The notes beneath the pieces were generated by a model. That model worked only from the letters and a program-made list of their open reading frames with translations. It was not told the origin of the DNA and ran no database searches. Position numbers and translations under genes: made by a program. Of a stretch of 64,000 nucleotides of DNA, positions 1 to 10,319 are shown piece after piece. The DNA is from Geopsychrobacteraceae bacterium (GTDB taxonomy: Bacteria; Desulfobacterota; Desulfuromonadia; Desulfuromonadales; Geopsychrobacteraceae), in NCBI GenBank assembly GCA_963662315.1, contig OY759353.1, forward strand, positions 2,752,001 to 2,816,000, in the 5' to 3' direction. Positions within the stretch are counted from its first letter, which is position 1, and each line of letters opens with the position of its first letter.

Positions 1-425
1 TTAGTACCATCATTGAAGACATCAAGAATTTGACTACCGGTTCCTTTTACAAGAGTTGTCTTTCCTTCGGCATCATCTTGCACCGAATAGACACCACCAT
101 TAGTCGTAGCTGACATAAAATATAAGACACCATCATAATCATATAGATGTCTTATACTTAATAAAGAATCCGCATATACATTGGTGATTCTCCCATCGCT
201 AATATCAACTCTTTGAATTTCGCCTCTATTATTGTCGTTTAAATAAACATGGTTATCACTCACAAATAAATTAGTGATCCCCCCAGACGAGCTCTCAAAC
301 ATAACAGAATAATCTTGCTGCGAATCTATTGGTTCATCTCCTCCAGTGCCTCCGCCACCACAACCACCCAACAGCAGAAAGAAAATTGCGCACGCAAAAC
401 CTGTGATGCTACTCATTCGAAGCAT
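1..425 (-). CDS. Putative lipoprotein, partial (runs off the window start); possibly beta-propeller-like
   Basis: Hand-translated from ATG at 425 with AAGGAGGGG RBS: MLRMSSITGFACAIFFLLLGGCGGGGTGGDEPID...; lipobox LGGC; frame open to position 1; absent from the ORF track because it has no stop in the window. Confidence 0.7.
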   Translation of the reverse strand, partial: MLRMSSITGFACAIFFLLLGGCGGGGTGGDEPIDSQQDYSVMFESSSGGITNLFVSDNHVYLNDNNRGEIQRVDISDGRITNVYADSLLSIRHLYDYDGVLYFMSATTNGGVYSVQDDAEGKTTLVKGTGSQILDVFNDGT

Positions 426-632
426 ACCCCTCCTTATTGATCTCTAGAAAAGACGATTAAAAACGGTAAAAAATAAAACGGATACATTTTGTAACCAATA
501 GAAATTATTATTTTTTTTAAATACAACCTAATAATCAAGGCTCACAGGAAACAGAGATATTGGCCTAAATCTTCAACAGAAACATTGAGGAACCCATGTA
601 TACTTTGGACCTTGGGTTTATAATATCTACCC

Positions 633-731
633 TTTTAAAATAAATCCAGGATCGGGCGGCGGTATGTTTTAGGATACCACCAGCAACTAACTGGTCGGCC
701 GACGGCCAAGATCACGCCTGATGGCCAGAAC
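633..731 (-). repeat. Dispersed repeat family A, partial copy 1
   Basis: Reverse complement GTTCTGGCCATCAGGCGTGATCTTGGCCGTCGGCCGACCAGTTAGTTGCTGGTGG... aligns by eye with 26160-26308 and 40019-40186. Confidence 0.75.
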
Positions 732-798
732 CGCAAATGCCGTTGGCATTAAATTGGTAATAGAACGGACTGGACCTCTCGGGGAGGATGGTAGCGCG

Positions 799-1221
799 TT
801 ACTTCGCCAACAACGCCCCGGTTGTCGTACACACCAACTTACCATGCACAACGCCACGGGTCCCGATCAGCTCATCAGCAATCTTTTTAACCGCTGCGGC
901 CGTCCCCTTAACCACCACAACTTCCAGGCAGAAATGGGCATCCAGATGAATATGCAGGGTACTGACGATATCATCCGTATGGGAATGCTGATGATCCGTC
1001 AGCTTGGCCGCCAGTTCACGGGTGTGATGATCGTAAACAATGGTCACCGTACCGACCACCTGCTCATCCTCATTACTCCACACCTCTTCCACCAGAGCAT
1101 TACGCACCAGATCACGCACCGCTTCAGAACGGTTGGAATAACCTTTTTCCTGAATAAGCTCATCAAACCGACTGAGTAAACTGGCGTCCATGGATACCCC
1201 GAAGCGGGACAAATCTGCCAT
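799..1221 (-). CDS. nikR: Nickel-responsive transcriptional regulator NikR
   Basis: RFGVSMD...FDELI...[14 protein letters not shown] ribbon-helix-helix; YDHH and [12 protein letters not shown]i-binding domain; start moved to ATG 1221. Confidence 0.95.
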   Translation of the reverse strand: MADLSRFGVSMDASLLSRFDELIQEKGYSNRSEAVRDLVRNALVEEVWSNEDEQVVGTVTIVYDHHTRELAAKLTDHQHSHTDDIVSTLHIHLDAHFCLEVVVVKGTAAAVKKIADELIGTRGVVHGKLVCTTTGALLAK

Positions 1222-1448
1222 CTGCTTTCCCCTGTTTTTGTTATTAAAAAAACCATCGCACAATATATGCGCAGCTACAGTGCCAAGCAACTATAAGGAA
1301 TTTTTTATGCCAGCTCAAGTTCTCACTGAGTCGCAACAGATTGTAACCAATATGACCGCAGCCCTTGAGCACAATGACAAGGAGAGTTATCATCTCCTCA
1401 AAACGTGCGCCCAATGACCTCTATAACCGCTAAATTGAAGGAGTTATT

Positions 1449-2033
1449 ATGACTCGAGCAAACAGGCTGCTGACATGCAGTGGCCTAATTCTTTTGACCT
1501 TGTTCTTAAGCGCCTGCAGTACGCGTGGTATCAACGATAAATACCTTGGTGCCACAGAACAGCGCCTGTTGACTATCAGTGTCGATGAACTGATGAAGAA
1601 ACTTCCAGAGGATGATTTTTTGCCTCTGCACGGCAAAAAAGTTTATGTTGAGAGCCACTTCGTGGAGGAAAACAGCACCTCTCAATATGCTCAAAAGCGC
1701 TTTGAGTTGGAACTGCAAGAACGCTTTTCGCTCAGTTTGACTGACGATGCCAACAAAGCCGATACCACCCTTGAGGTGTTCTTCATTGCCCTGGGCACAG
1801 ACCAGGACAGTTTTGGTTTCGAAACGCCTGAGTTTGTTATCCCCGGCACTGGATCCACCGTCAGTATCGATCTGATTTCCCTGCACATGTATCACGGCAT
1901 ATCAGAGCTTTATTATTACGCTATCGACAAGCGCAGTGGTGATATTAAACGTAGTGAACGCTTCAAGGCAACTACCCGTGCAGACAAGCTGGCGCTGCCA
2001 ATCATTTCTATTCCCATCGATACCCTTGAATAG
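1449..2033 (+). CDS. Hypothetical lipoprotein
   Basis: AAGGAG RBS, signal peptide with LSAC lipobox, then an ATEQRLL motif. Confidence 0.7.
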   Translation: MTRANRLLTCSGLILLTLFLSACSTRGINDKYLGATEQRLLTISVDELMKKLPEDDFLPLHGKKVYVESHFVEENSTSQYAQKRFELELQERFSLSLTDDANKADTTLEVFFIALGTDQDSFGFETPEFVIPGTGSTVSIDLISLHMYHGISELYYYAIDKRSGDIKRSERFKATTRADKLALPIISIPIDTLE

Positions 2034-2101
2034 TCTCTGCAGTTAAAAGAATCTTGTCCGCAGACCTGCTATTGTCGCTGTGGACAAGATTCTTTCGTTC
2101 A

Positions 2102-3835
2102 CTAATGTCCGGGATACAATCCCGGCAACGCAGATTCCTCCTGTGGCCCATTCTTCTGCTTACGCCAGCGTTGCAATTGATCGGCAAGGGCATCCCCCTG
2201 CCAGGCAACAGCCTTCTGCGTATAAAGAGCTTCCGACAACCGTTGTAACTCACCAGCAAGTTCAGGATTCAAGCAGCCTGCGAGTATTTCGAGGTTATGC
2301 CCGACCTGCGGCCACCGACAACGTCCCCACTCCAGCAGCGCCCCACGACTGCTGCGGGGCTCATTCTGATGCAGAACCTTGAGCAACTGTTTAAAGGCGT
2401 CCTTCTCTGGTGTGGCAACTTGCTCCAGAGTGATGTTGGTTGAATTTTCCTGCGCCTGCTTACAACGGTAACTGTAGCGCCACCATAGCAGCAGGGTTAA
2501 AAGCCAGCCTGCGCCAAGGACAGCACTGACCCACAACCAGGGAGAAGTACCAGTTGCTTGAGCAGCCACAGCGACGCTATTGACCTCCGGTTGTGGAGCT
2601 ACGGGCGCTGACTGCTTCTGCTCCGGTTGTCGAGTTGCCACCGGCGCCTGTTGTGCTGCGGGAGGAGTCTGCTGCCCAACGCTACCCGGGGCTGCCGGAG
2701 CGACTGTCACGGTCACGGAGGGAATCCGGGCAATCTGCCACTGGTGAGAACTCACATCATACCAATCCAGATCAAAACCGGGCAGTTTCATGGTCCCCGC
2801 CTGCGTCGGTACCACAGCAATCTTCTGCTGCAAAGTGCCGATACGGCCACTGCTGTCATCGCTGTCCGCGCGTACTGGCTGATCCGGATAACTCTTCCAG
2901 TTCGTGGGCAATGGCAGCTTCAAATCAGGGAGATGGGCTGCGGGCAGTCCTTTGACCTGCAGGGTCAGAGTCCGGGTCACCGGCTCACCAACACGGAACT
3001 GGGGGGTCTGATGCTGCCAGCTGTCCGACAGGCTAACGGCTGTTGCCGGAAGCCAAAGTCGACCATTGGTATCGGCTGGCTGAGGTTGAACCTCCACCGT
3101 TTGCTCCGCGGAAAAACGCCGCAGGGTCCTGGTGCGGGTTGAAAACGAACTGATGCCACCACCATCGGCCACCTGGGCTTGCAGAGTCAGGCGGGGAATA
3201 GTCAATTGCCCTGCTTCTTCGGGAAACACCGCATAGCGGCGCTCGATAGCCTGATACAGATAGCCAGCACGCCGGGTTTCAAAACTGCGGTCTTCACCCA
3301 ACTGTTCGATGGCGGCGGAAACCCCTTGCGGCTCGACATTATCGAGCCCGGCACCGGCCAGACCGACACGATGCAAAACACGAATGGTCAACAGCACCTG
3401 TTGTCCCACCTTGACCGTATGTGGCTGAACATCCGTTTCAAGCAGCAGTTCGTCCCCTTTAACGGCTGTAGCCGGCTGGTCACTCACCTGAATAGTCAGG
3501 GGCATGGAACAGTCTTTGCCAAAACAGATCGCCGGAATATCGACCGCGCCACTGGCTTTTGGCATCAGGGTCAGACTGACCACCTTGGAACGGCTGAAGT
3601 TGCCGTTGATGATCTGCGTCTGGCTGCTGCTGGACTGATTAAGGATATCCCAATTCTGCTTCACAACACTTAAGTCCGGATCATCGTCGGGCTTGCCATC
3701 GACCCGCAGTTGCAGATTAAGGCTCTCGCCCAGTCCGATACGATCCCGGTCAGCGACTGCGTTGACCTGTGCTGCACAGATCGGCTCACAGGTGACTAAC
3801 AGCAGCAAAATCAGGGATAGAAGATATCTCACCAT
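2102..3835 (-). CDS. BatD family protein
   Basis: Signal peptide, AVADRDRIGLGESLNL, SSSSQTQIING, IERRYAVFP, C-terminal TM, LPGLYP end; last gene of the MoxR/VWA operon. Confidence 0.85.
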   Translation of the reverse strand: MVRYLLSLILLLLVTCEPICAAQVNAVADRDRIGLGESLNLQLRVDGKPDDDPDLSVVKQNWDILNQSSSSQTQIINGNFSRSKVVSLTLMPKASGAVDIPAICFGKDCSMPLTIQVSDQPATAVKGDELLLETDVQPHTVKVGQQVLLTIRVLHRVGLAGAGLDNVEPQGVSAAIEQLGEDRSFETRRAGYLYQAIERRYAVFPEEAGQLTIPRLTLQAQVADGGGISSFSTRTRTLRRFSAEQTVEVQPQPADTNGRLWLPATAVSLSDSWQHQTPQFRVGEPVTRTLTLQVKGLPAAHLPDLKLPLPTNWKSYPDQPVRADSDDSSGRIGTLQQKIAVVPTQAGTMKLPGFDLDWYDVSSHQWQIARIPSVTVTVAPAAPGSVGQQTPPAAQQAPVATRQPEQKQSAPVAPQPEVNSVAVAAQATGTSPWLWVSAVLGAGWLLTLLLWWRYSYRCKQAQENSTNITLEQVATPEKDAFKQLLKVLHQNEPRSSRGALLEWGRCRWPQVGHNLEILAGCLNPELAGELQRLSEALYTQKAVAWQGDALADQLQRWRKQKNGPQEESALPGLYPGH

Positions 3836-5685
3836 GACCGCTCATCCTCCTGGCCGCCTTGTTGATACATGTGACGATATTGATATTGAAATTTACGCCG
3901 TAACAGGCCACCCGGATCATCGGGTATCCTGCGTAACCACTGCTGCAATTCAGGGTCTTCCGGCGGTTTGTTCTCTGAGTCATCAGCCATGGCGGCCCGT
4001 TGCTCCTGCTTTTCACCTTCCTGAGCGTGCTGATCAGCAGCCTGTGCAGCTGAGTCCTGTTGCTGCCTATCAGTCTCCTGAGCCTGTTGCGGCTTGGCCT
4101 CGGACGGCTGTGCCTGTTTTTGCCGGTCATCAGCGGCTTGCTGCTCTGCCTGTTGCGCACCAGAGGACTGCTTTTGGTTCTCCTGGTCAGCCTGCGGCTC
4201 TCCCTGATCGGAACCCTGTTGTTGCTTCTGGCTATCAGACTGGGATTGCTGCTGATTCTGATCATCCGCTTTTTGCTGATCAGAGTTCTGCCCCTGCCCA
4301 TTTTGCTGTTGCTGTTTTTGCTGTTCCTGCTGCTTCAGGGTCTGCTCGACCAGATCACGATTGGCTTTTGCATCTGCCGAGTCAGGATCCGTCTTTAAGG
4401 CTTGATCATAAGCTTTGAGGGCCTCCTGCAACTTGCCGTTCTGGGCCAGCATATTACCACGGTTGTACCAGTCATCAGCCGTTTCAGGCTGAGGAGCCGC
4501 AGCCAGTGCCGCTTCGTAATCACCCGCCTGGTAATGGCTGCCAGCCTGCCAACGTGGATCAGCAAACCGCTTTGCCGCCTCCTGATAAGCCCCCTGCTGA
4601 TACTTTTCATAGGCCTGCTGCTGGGAGTTGCGCCATAACTCACTCCACTCAAGGGCCTGGGCGGATGGTGGCAGCAAAAATAACAACGGAAAAACCAGGA
4701 GCCAGCCGCGCCGGAACCCGCACAGCGCCAGCAGGACCAACGGCCACACCAGCCAGACACCCGCGTCCTGCCATAAATCACCGGTACGTTCAGCACCTTT
4801 TTCAGCCTGATCAAGGCTTCTGTTGCTTAAGTCTGTCAATAACGCTTTAAAATCACTGTCATCAATCGCCAGCCGTCGGTAAGCTCCACCACCCGCAGCG
4901 GCAAGCTCGCGCAAACCACTTTCATTCAGGCGCGGCAGCACCATGTTGCCCTGGCGATCCTTAAAAAAACCGCCGCCCGCTAGCGGAATCGGCGCACCTT
5001 CAGGCGTACCGGCGCCGATAATCTCCAGTTCCAGCCCCTGCTCACCTAATTGACTTGCGGAAGCCATGCTGAGCTGAGGACGATCCTCGTCAGTGATCAG
5101 CAGCAGCTTACCCTTGCTCAGGCCGGCCTGCTTGAGCAGCTGTCCCGCCAGTTCAAACGCTTTAGACGGACGACTCCCCTGCACCGGCATCATATCCGGA
5201 TCAAGACTGCCAAGCAGTGCCTGGATGGTGTGGGTATCATCGGTCAGCGGTGTCACAGTGAACGCATCGGCGCTAAAAGCAATCAAAGCGGTCTGCCCTT
5301 CACGCCTCTGGCGCAGGATATCCTCGATTTTGAGGCGGGAGCGTACCAGGCGGCTGGGTTTAAGATCGGCGGCCAGCATCGAACGGGACACATCCAAAGC
5401 AATGATCAATGCCGATTGCTGACGTAACACCGGCTGCGGCTGTTTCTGCCAGGTCGGTCCGGCCAGGGCCGTAATCCCGAGAAACGCCCCGACCAGTATA
5501 AATGCCAGCGGCCAATTGGCCCGCCGTGTTGATTTGCCAATCAGCAGATGAGGTAACAGTTCAGCATCGCAGATATCCCGCCAACTGCGGCTGTGCAGTC
5601 GCCGCTGCCACAGAATCCAGAGCAGGACCAACACGGGGATCAAGGCAGAAAACCACCAGGGGCGCAAGAAATGAAATTCGTTCAT
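3829..5685 (-). CDS. VWA + TPR domain protein (BatB/BatC-like fusion) with Gln-rich tail
   Basis: FHFLRPWW start, DVSRSMLAADLKPSRL, PLTDD, YNRGN TPR, Q-rich linker, QWLRRIPDDPGGLLRRKF. Confidence 0.9.
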   Translation of the reverse strand: MNEFHFLRPWWFSALIPVLVLLWILWQRRLHSRSWRDICDAELLPHLLIGKSTRRANWPLAFILVGAFLGITALAGPTWQKQPQPVLRQQSALIIALDVSRSMLAADLKPSRLVRSRLKIEDILRQRREGQTALIAFSADAFTVTPLTDDTHTIQALLGSLDPDMMPVQGSRPSKAFELAGQLLKQAGLSKGKLLLITDEDRPQLSMASASQLGEQGLELEIIGAGTPEGAPIPLAGGGFFKDRQGNMVLPRLNESGLRELAAAGGGAYRRLAIDDSDFKALLTDLSNRSLDQAEKGAERTGDLWQDAGVWLVWPLVLLALCGFRRGWLLVFPLLFLLPPSAQALEWSELWRNSQQQAYEKYQQGAYQEAAKRFADPRWQAGSHYQAGDYEAALAAAPQPETADDWYNRGNMLAQNGKLQEALKAYDQALKTDPDSADAKANRDLVEQTLKQQEQQKQQQQNGQGQNSDQQKADDQNQQQSQSDSQKQQQGSDQGEPQADQENQKQSSGAQQAEQQAADDRQKQAQPSEAKPQQAQETDRQQQDSAAQAADQHAQEGEKQEQRAAMADDSENKPPEDPELQQWLRRIPDDPGGLLRRKFQYQYRHMYQQGGQEDERSW

Positions 5686-6680
5686 CCGCGCCTCCCGATC
5701 ACTGGTATGGAATCACGTAATAACATCAGCAAGGCTCCGCCTAACGCCAACCCTAGTGGCCAATAGAACAGGTCACTGACCGGACGATAACGATCCTGCT
5801 CACGCTCAGCCGGTTCCAACTGATCGAGCATCTGATAAATCTGCTCCAGCTCAGCGGTATTATGAGCCCGGAAATAACGACCTCCGGTCTGTTCAGCAAT
5901 AGCAGTCAAGGTTTTCTCATCCAGATCAGCGGACGGATTGACGGTCTGCGAAAAGAAGAAATTGCGTACCTGCATTTCATCGGCGCCAATACCAATGGTA
6001 TAAATCTTGAGACCTTGTTTGGCAGCCAACTCCGCAGCCTTTTGCGGCGTTAACTGGCCGGCGGTATTAGCCCCATCTGTCATCAGGATCAGCACCCGCT
6101 GTTTGGCTTCATCCGCCGTGGTGCGCTTTAAAGCAAGACCAATGGCATCACCAATAGCCGTCTGCTTTCCCGCCATACCAATCGCTGCTTCGCCTAACAA
6201 TATGCGCACGGTGCTCAGATCAAATGTCAGCGGAGCCTGTACATAAGGCTGATCGGCAAACAGGATCAGTCCGACCCGGTCGCCGGTGCGGCGCTGAATA
6301 AAATCGTCAGCGATAACCCGTAAGGCATCAATACGCTGGACCGCCTGACCGCGCAGTTCAAAATCAGCGGTTTCCATACTGCCGGACAGATCAACAGCCA
6401 GCAGCAGATCGCGCCCGGAAACCGGAAAATCGACCGGATCGCCAAGCCACTGCGGACGCGCACAGGCAATAACCAGCAGCAGCCAGCACAACAGGACCAG
6501 CAATTTGTACAATTTTGAGCGCACCGCCAAGCTCTGCTCATGGCGCGCCAGGCCAAAGCGGGATAACTGCGGCACCCACAAAGCCGCCTCCTCTGCAGCA
6601 AGGGCCGGCGGAGCAAAGCGATACACCAGGTAAGGTAACGGTAACAGGATAAAAGCCCAGGGCCAGGCAAAATGAATCAT
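5682..6680 (-). CDS. VWA domain protein (BatA-like)
   Basis: ARPQW, DLSGSM MIDAS, TAIGDAIG, LMTDGANTAG, IYTIGIGA; ATGA overlap at the start. Confidence 0.9.
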   Translation of the reverse strand: MIHFAWPWAFILLPLPYLVYRFAPPALAAEEAALWVPQLSRFGLARHEQSLAVRSKLYKLLVLLCWLLLVIACARPQWLGDPVDFPVSGRDLLLAVDLSGSMETADFELRGQAVQRIDALRVIADDFIQRRTGDRVGLILFADQPYVQAPLTFDLSTVRILLGEAAIGMAGKQTAIGDAIGLALKRTTADEAKQRVLILMTDGANTAGQLTPQKAAELAAKQGLKIYTIGIGADEMQVRNFFFSQTVNPSADLDEKTLTAIAEQTGGRYFRAHNTAELEQIYQMLDQLEPAEREQDRYRPVSDLFYWPLGLALGGALLMLLRDSIPVIGRRG

Positions 6681-7180
6681 TTGCCCCTCCTCGGCTGGGC
6701 CGGAAGCTGTTTCAGCCAACGACGACACAGATTAAGTAGCGCAGAACGATCAAATTCAGGCTGCCGCTGATACGGACCGGCTCCCAGACATTTCCCGGGC
6801 CCACGACTGAAGGCGTCCTCCCCTTTCAGCTGAGAGTCGAGAAACAACAGCCAGTCATCCCCCTGCATTCCGGCACAACCGGAGCGAGGAAAGGCCAGCA
6901 ATGCTGCGCGCCGCAATAGCGCCGACAAGCTGGCCAGCAAAGCGCTAGCAGAGCTATCGCTCTGTTCCAGCACTCTTAACTCCTGCAATGCGGCACGCCG
7001 ATAGCGCAAGCGCCGCTGATATCTGATCAGCAACCAGAGCATAACCACCACCAGCAGGATCACCCCCGCCAGCAGCCACCAGCCCAGGGCCGGAGGCCAG
7101 AATCCCGGCGGCTCAGGCAGGTGCAAAGGGCGCAATGGTAAAGGAGTCGCAGGACTCTGGGTTGGCAGATTAGCGGGCAT
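6677..7180 (-). CDS. DUF4381-like membrane protein
   Basis: LRPLHLPEPPGFWPPALGWW, single TM, LRRAAL, G-D-D-WL-FLD. Confidence 0.85.
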   Translation of the reverse strand: MPANLPTQSPATPLPLRPLHLPEPPGFWPPALGWWLLAGVILLVVVMLWLLIRYQRRLRYRRAALQELRVLEQSDSSASALLASLSALLRRAALLAFPRSGCAGMQGDDWLLFLDSQLKGEDAFSRGPGKCLGAGPYQRQPEFDRSALLNLCRRWLKQLPAQPRRGK

Positions 7181-8102
7181 GCGTCCCCCCTTTGGGCATC
7201 AGAACCTGATGGGGATCAGCATCGGTAGCAACGCTGGCGAAACGCATGCGGTGCCCTTGGCAGAAGTTCTCGATACGCTGGCGCAGAGCGGCAAAGGTCT
7301 GCTGATATTCGTGACGGATCAGTTGTCGGTCGGTGACAATGGTCAGATCCTTGTGGCCATCGCTCAGCCGAAAATTTCCCCCATGCGGTAAATCTGCTTC
7401 GAGAGGATCGTACAAGAAATAGAGGGAGATTTCTGCCTGCCGGGCCAGCACTGCCAAGTTCTTTTCAACATCAGCATCCCACTGATTGAAATCACTAAGC
7501 AAGTGCACCTGACTGCCCGGTCGCACCACCCGCAGCAGGCGCTGGATGGTCTCAGCCAGTCTCTGACGCGGTTCAAACGGAAGGTGTGGCGGACGCTGCC
7601 AAGCGGAATCGGCCACCATGGCCTGTAACAATCTTAATACTCCACGCTGTCCCCCTTGAGGACGCAGCTCGGTGCGATGTTCCTCAGAAAACAGGAAGCC
7701 GCCGATGCGGTCGCCGCGTGACAGGGCATTCCAGGCCAGAATCGCCGATAGCTGGGCGGCCCGCACAACTTTAAAACAGCCACGGGTGGCAAAAAACATG
7801 GGCCGCCGGAAATCGAGGGCAAACAGGACTGGACGTTCCCGTTCCTCATGAAACAGCTTGGTATGAACTTTCCCCCGCCGTGCCGTCACACGCCAGTCGA
7901 TGGAACGGACATCATCGCCCGGCTGGTAAGCCCGCACTTCGGCAAACTCCATCCCGCGACCACGAAAGCGCGACCGATGCCCGCCACTTAACATGGCCAT
8001 GGCCGGAGCTTTTGGAATCACACCCACCGCCGGAGCAGCCCGTAACGCCATTAATTCACTTAAGCTAATGGCGGCCGGGGATGTTGGTTTTGCTGTTTTC
8101 AC
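7170..8102 (-). CDS. DUF58 domain protein
   Basis: GRGMEFAEVRAYQPGDDVRSIDWRVTAR, EERER, LSDF. Confidence 0.92.
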   Translation of the reverse strand: MKTAKPTSPAAISLSELMALRAAPAVGVIPKAPAMAMLSGGHRSRFRGRGMEFAEVRAYQPGDDVRSIDWRVTARRGKVHTKLFHEERERPVLFALDFRRPMFFATRGCFKVVRAAQLSAILAWNALSRGDRIGGFLFSEEHRTELRPQGGQRGVLRLLQAMVADSAWQRPPHLPFEPRQRLAETIQRLLRVVRPGSQVHLLSDFNQWDADVEKNLAVLARQAEISLYFLYDPLEADLPHGGNFRLSDGHKDLTIVTDRQLIRHEYQQTFAALRQRIENFCQGHRMRFASVATDADPHQVLMPKGGTHAR

Positions 8103-8214
8103 GCTTTATCTCTTCTACGCTTACTTCGTTTCGCGATTTCAAATGTGAACATTCAGATCTCAGATTTATGCCCATCCCCTCTCCCTGAGGAGAAGGAATA
8201 TATTCTGCTAAGAC

Positions 8215-9180
8215 TTAAGGAACGGGTATACGTGCCAGCAACTCGCTGATCACCCGCTCGCGGCTGATCCCTTCCGCTTCGGCTTCATAACTGAGCAACA
8301 GGCGATGGCGCAGCACACCGAAAGCCAGCTGCTGAATATCTTCCGGGGTGACATAGTCTCGCCCGGCCAACCAGGCCCGGGAGCGCGCACAGCGGTCAAG
8401 AGCGATGGTCGCGCGTGGGCTGGCGCCGTAGGTCAGCCAGTTGGCCAGTTCGGCCCCCCACTGTTGCGGTTGACGGGTCGCCAGGATCAGCTGTACCAGA
8501 TATTCTTCAAGATTATCGGCCAGATGGATATCCAGTACCTGCTGCCGCGCCTGTTGTAGCTCGCTCCCGCTAATCGCTGCAAAATCAGCCGCCGGGACAG
8601 CATGGGCTGCTTCACCACGCGCCAGCTGCAGAATCTGCTTTTCTACTGCAGCATCAGGGTAATCAACCCGCACATGGAGCAAAAAACGATCAAGCTGGGC
8701 TTCCGGCAACGGGTAGGTTCCCTCCTGCTCAATCGGATTCTGGGTCGCCATAACCAGAAATGGGTCGGCCAGCTGATAACTGGTCTGCCCCACGGTGATC
8801 TGGCGCTCCGCCATCGCCTCGAGCAGGGCCGACTGCACCTTGGCAGGCGCCCGGTTGATTTCATCAGCGAGAATCAGGTTGTGAAATAATGGTCCACGCT
8901 GAAAAACAAAACTGTTATCCTGCGGGCGGAAAATTTCCGTCCCGGTCAGGTCTGCAGGTAGCAGGTCGGGGGTAAACTGGACACGGTGAAAACTCCCCTC
9001 TAAAAAGGCACCAAGCTGGCGGATCGCTCTGGTCTTGGCCAGACCGGGAGCTCCTTCGACCAGCAGATGACCATCCGCTAAAAGAGCAATAAGTAAGCTT
9101 TCGATCAATTGTGGCTGACCGATAATCTGCTGCTCCAAATGAGCGGCCAGAGCGGCAAAGCGCTGTTGTACAGAATCCAT
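8215..9180 (-). CDS. MoxR family AAA+ ATPase
   Basis: GHLLVEGAPGLAKT, RVQFTPDLLPAD, LADEINRAPAKVQSALLEAM, ATQNPIEQEGTYPLPEAQLDRF. Confidence 0.95.
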   Translation of the reverse strand: MDSVQQRFAALAAHLEQQIIGQPQLIESLLIALLADGHLLVEGAPGLAKTRAIRQLGAFLEGSFHRVQFTPDLLPADLTGTEIFRPQDNSFVFQRGPLFHNLILADEINRAPAKVQSALLEAMAERQITVGQTSYQLADPFLVMATQNPIEQEGTYPLPEAQLDRFLLHVRVDYPDAAVEKQILQLARGEAAHAVPAADFAAISGSELQQARQQVLDIHLADNLEEYLVQLILATRQPQQWGAELANWLTYGASPRATIALDRCARSRAWLAGRDYVTPEDIQQLAFGVLRHRLLLSYEAEAEGISRERVISELLARIPVP

Positions 9181-9273
9181 ATTTCAATTGTCCCTTTATA
9201 ATAATTATCCGGTTAACTCCAGTGCTGCTACTCGTCGGGTCTAGGCCCGGCCCTTCCCGCTCAACGTCAAACG

Positions 9274-9302
9274 ACCGGGACGGTGTCAACCTCCGTCCCG
9301 GT
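9274..9302. terminator. Intergenic hairpin
   Basis: ACCGGGACGG-N9-CCGTCCCGGT inverted repeat between the ABC operon and moxR; a second hairpin CCGGCTGT...ACAGCCGG follows; no clear U-tract. Confidence 0.35.
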
Positions 9303-9365
9303 ACTCTTTATTAAATCCGGCTGTCTGCCCTTCAAACAGCCGGAAAACAGGCCGTATGGAGGGTG

Positions 9366-10316
9366 TCAATTCGTGTCTTTGGCAGAAGGGGCAGCCTGTG
9401 ATTTTTCATTCGGCACCTGGTGCGTTATCAGATCAGCCCGTTTCAGACTGTTGATTTCGTTCCATAGCGCCTGATCGACTTCATATACCTGGCTGGAACC
9501 TTCTGTCCGCAGCAGAGCATAATCATCTTTTTCCGACTTGGCAAACGTATAGCTGATAGTTTTTCCCGTTGTCAGGGTCAACGTCACCGGTATGGTCACC
9601 GCATTCTCAGTAGGGAACCCATCGTGCAGATCCCGTATCTGCAGTCTGGCAATGGTCTGAACCAGCTTTTCAACCGGCTTAACAGCCGTCTGCTCACCAT
9701 CCTGCAGACCTTCCAGCTGCATTCCGTCGGCTTTTTTTACCACCAGCAACTGCGGCAGTTCGATCGCCTCAACCGTAGCCGGATCGACCTGGAAATGCTT
9801 TTTATCGAGCCAATCAGTAATTTTCAAACTAGCTTCGTAACTGCTGAAAGGTACATCGAAAATTTCATCCTCCCCGGCCAACCGAGCATGCACTTTACGG
9901 AATCCGGGGGACGAGCCAACCAGCAGGGTTGCCAGGTCCTTGTCCACGACACGTAGGATGACCTTGCGCTCAAAGTCATCATCCGCAACTTTGAAACGCT
10001 TATAGGTATCAGCACTTTTTGCCACCGGCCAGGGTCGCTTGATAGCGGTCAATCTGGACAGCAAAGCACTGACCTTCCCGCCATCGACCGGAACCCCGGC
10101 ATGGCCGTCAATACCCCAATCTGAACCCGTTTTTTTCAACAACAGCGTCTGATCAGCGCTGCTGATCTGCAGCTCGGTCACTTGCTGGGGGTCGAGCGCC
10201 AGCAGATGTTCGGTCTGACTACCCGCTAGCGGGGTCTGCCCGGAATAATAGATTGCAGCTCCCAGCCCTAACTGAACAACCAGGAGCACCGTTAATGTCA
10301 TTAATATCCGCTTCAT
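9366..10316 (-). CDS. DUF4340-like periplasmic accessory protein
   Basis: N-terminal anchor, LLVGSSPGFRKVHARL, DWLDK; usual partner of Gld-type ABC systems. Confidence 0.8.
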   Translation of the reverse strand: MKRILMTLTVLLVVQLGLGAAIYYSGQTPLAGSQTEHLLALDPQQVTELQISSADQTLLLKKTGSDWGIDGHAGVPVDGGKVSALLSRLTAIKRPWPVAKSADTYKRFKVADDDFERKVILRVVDKDLATLLVGSSPGFRKVHARLAGEDEIFDVPFSSYEASLKITDWLDKKHFQVDPATVEAIELPQLLVVKKADGMQLEGLQDGEQTAVKPVEKLVQTIARLQIRDLHDGFPTENAVTIPVTLTLTTGKTISYTFAKSEKDDYALLRTEGSSQVYEVDQALWNEINSLKRADLITHQVPNEKSQAAPSAKDTN

Positions 10317-10319
10317 GAC

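Noticed and set aside
3950..4340. CTG/TTG-rich repetitive stretch
   Set aside because: It encodes the Gln-rich linker typical of VWA-TPR Bat proteins; not a CRISPR array or VNTR
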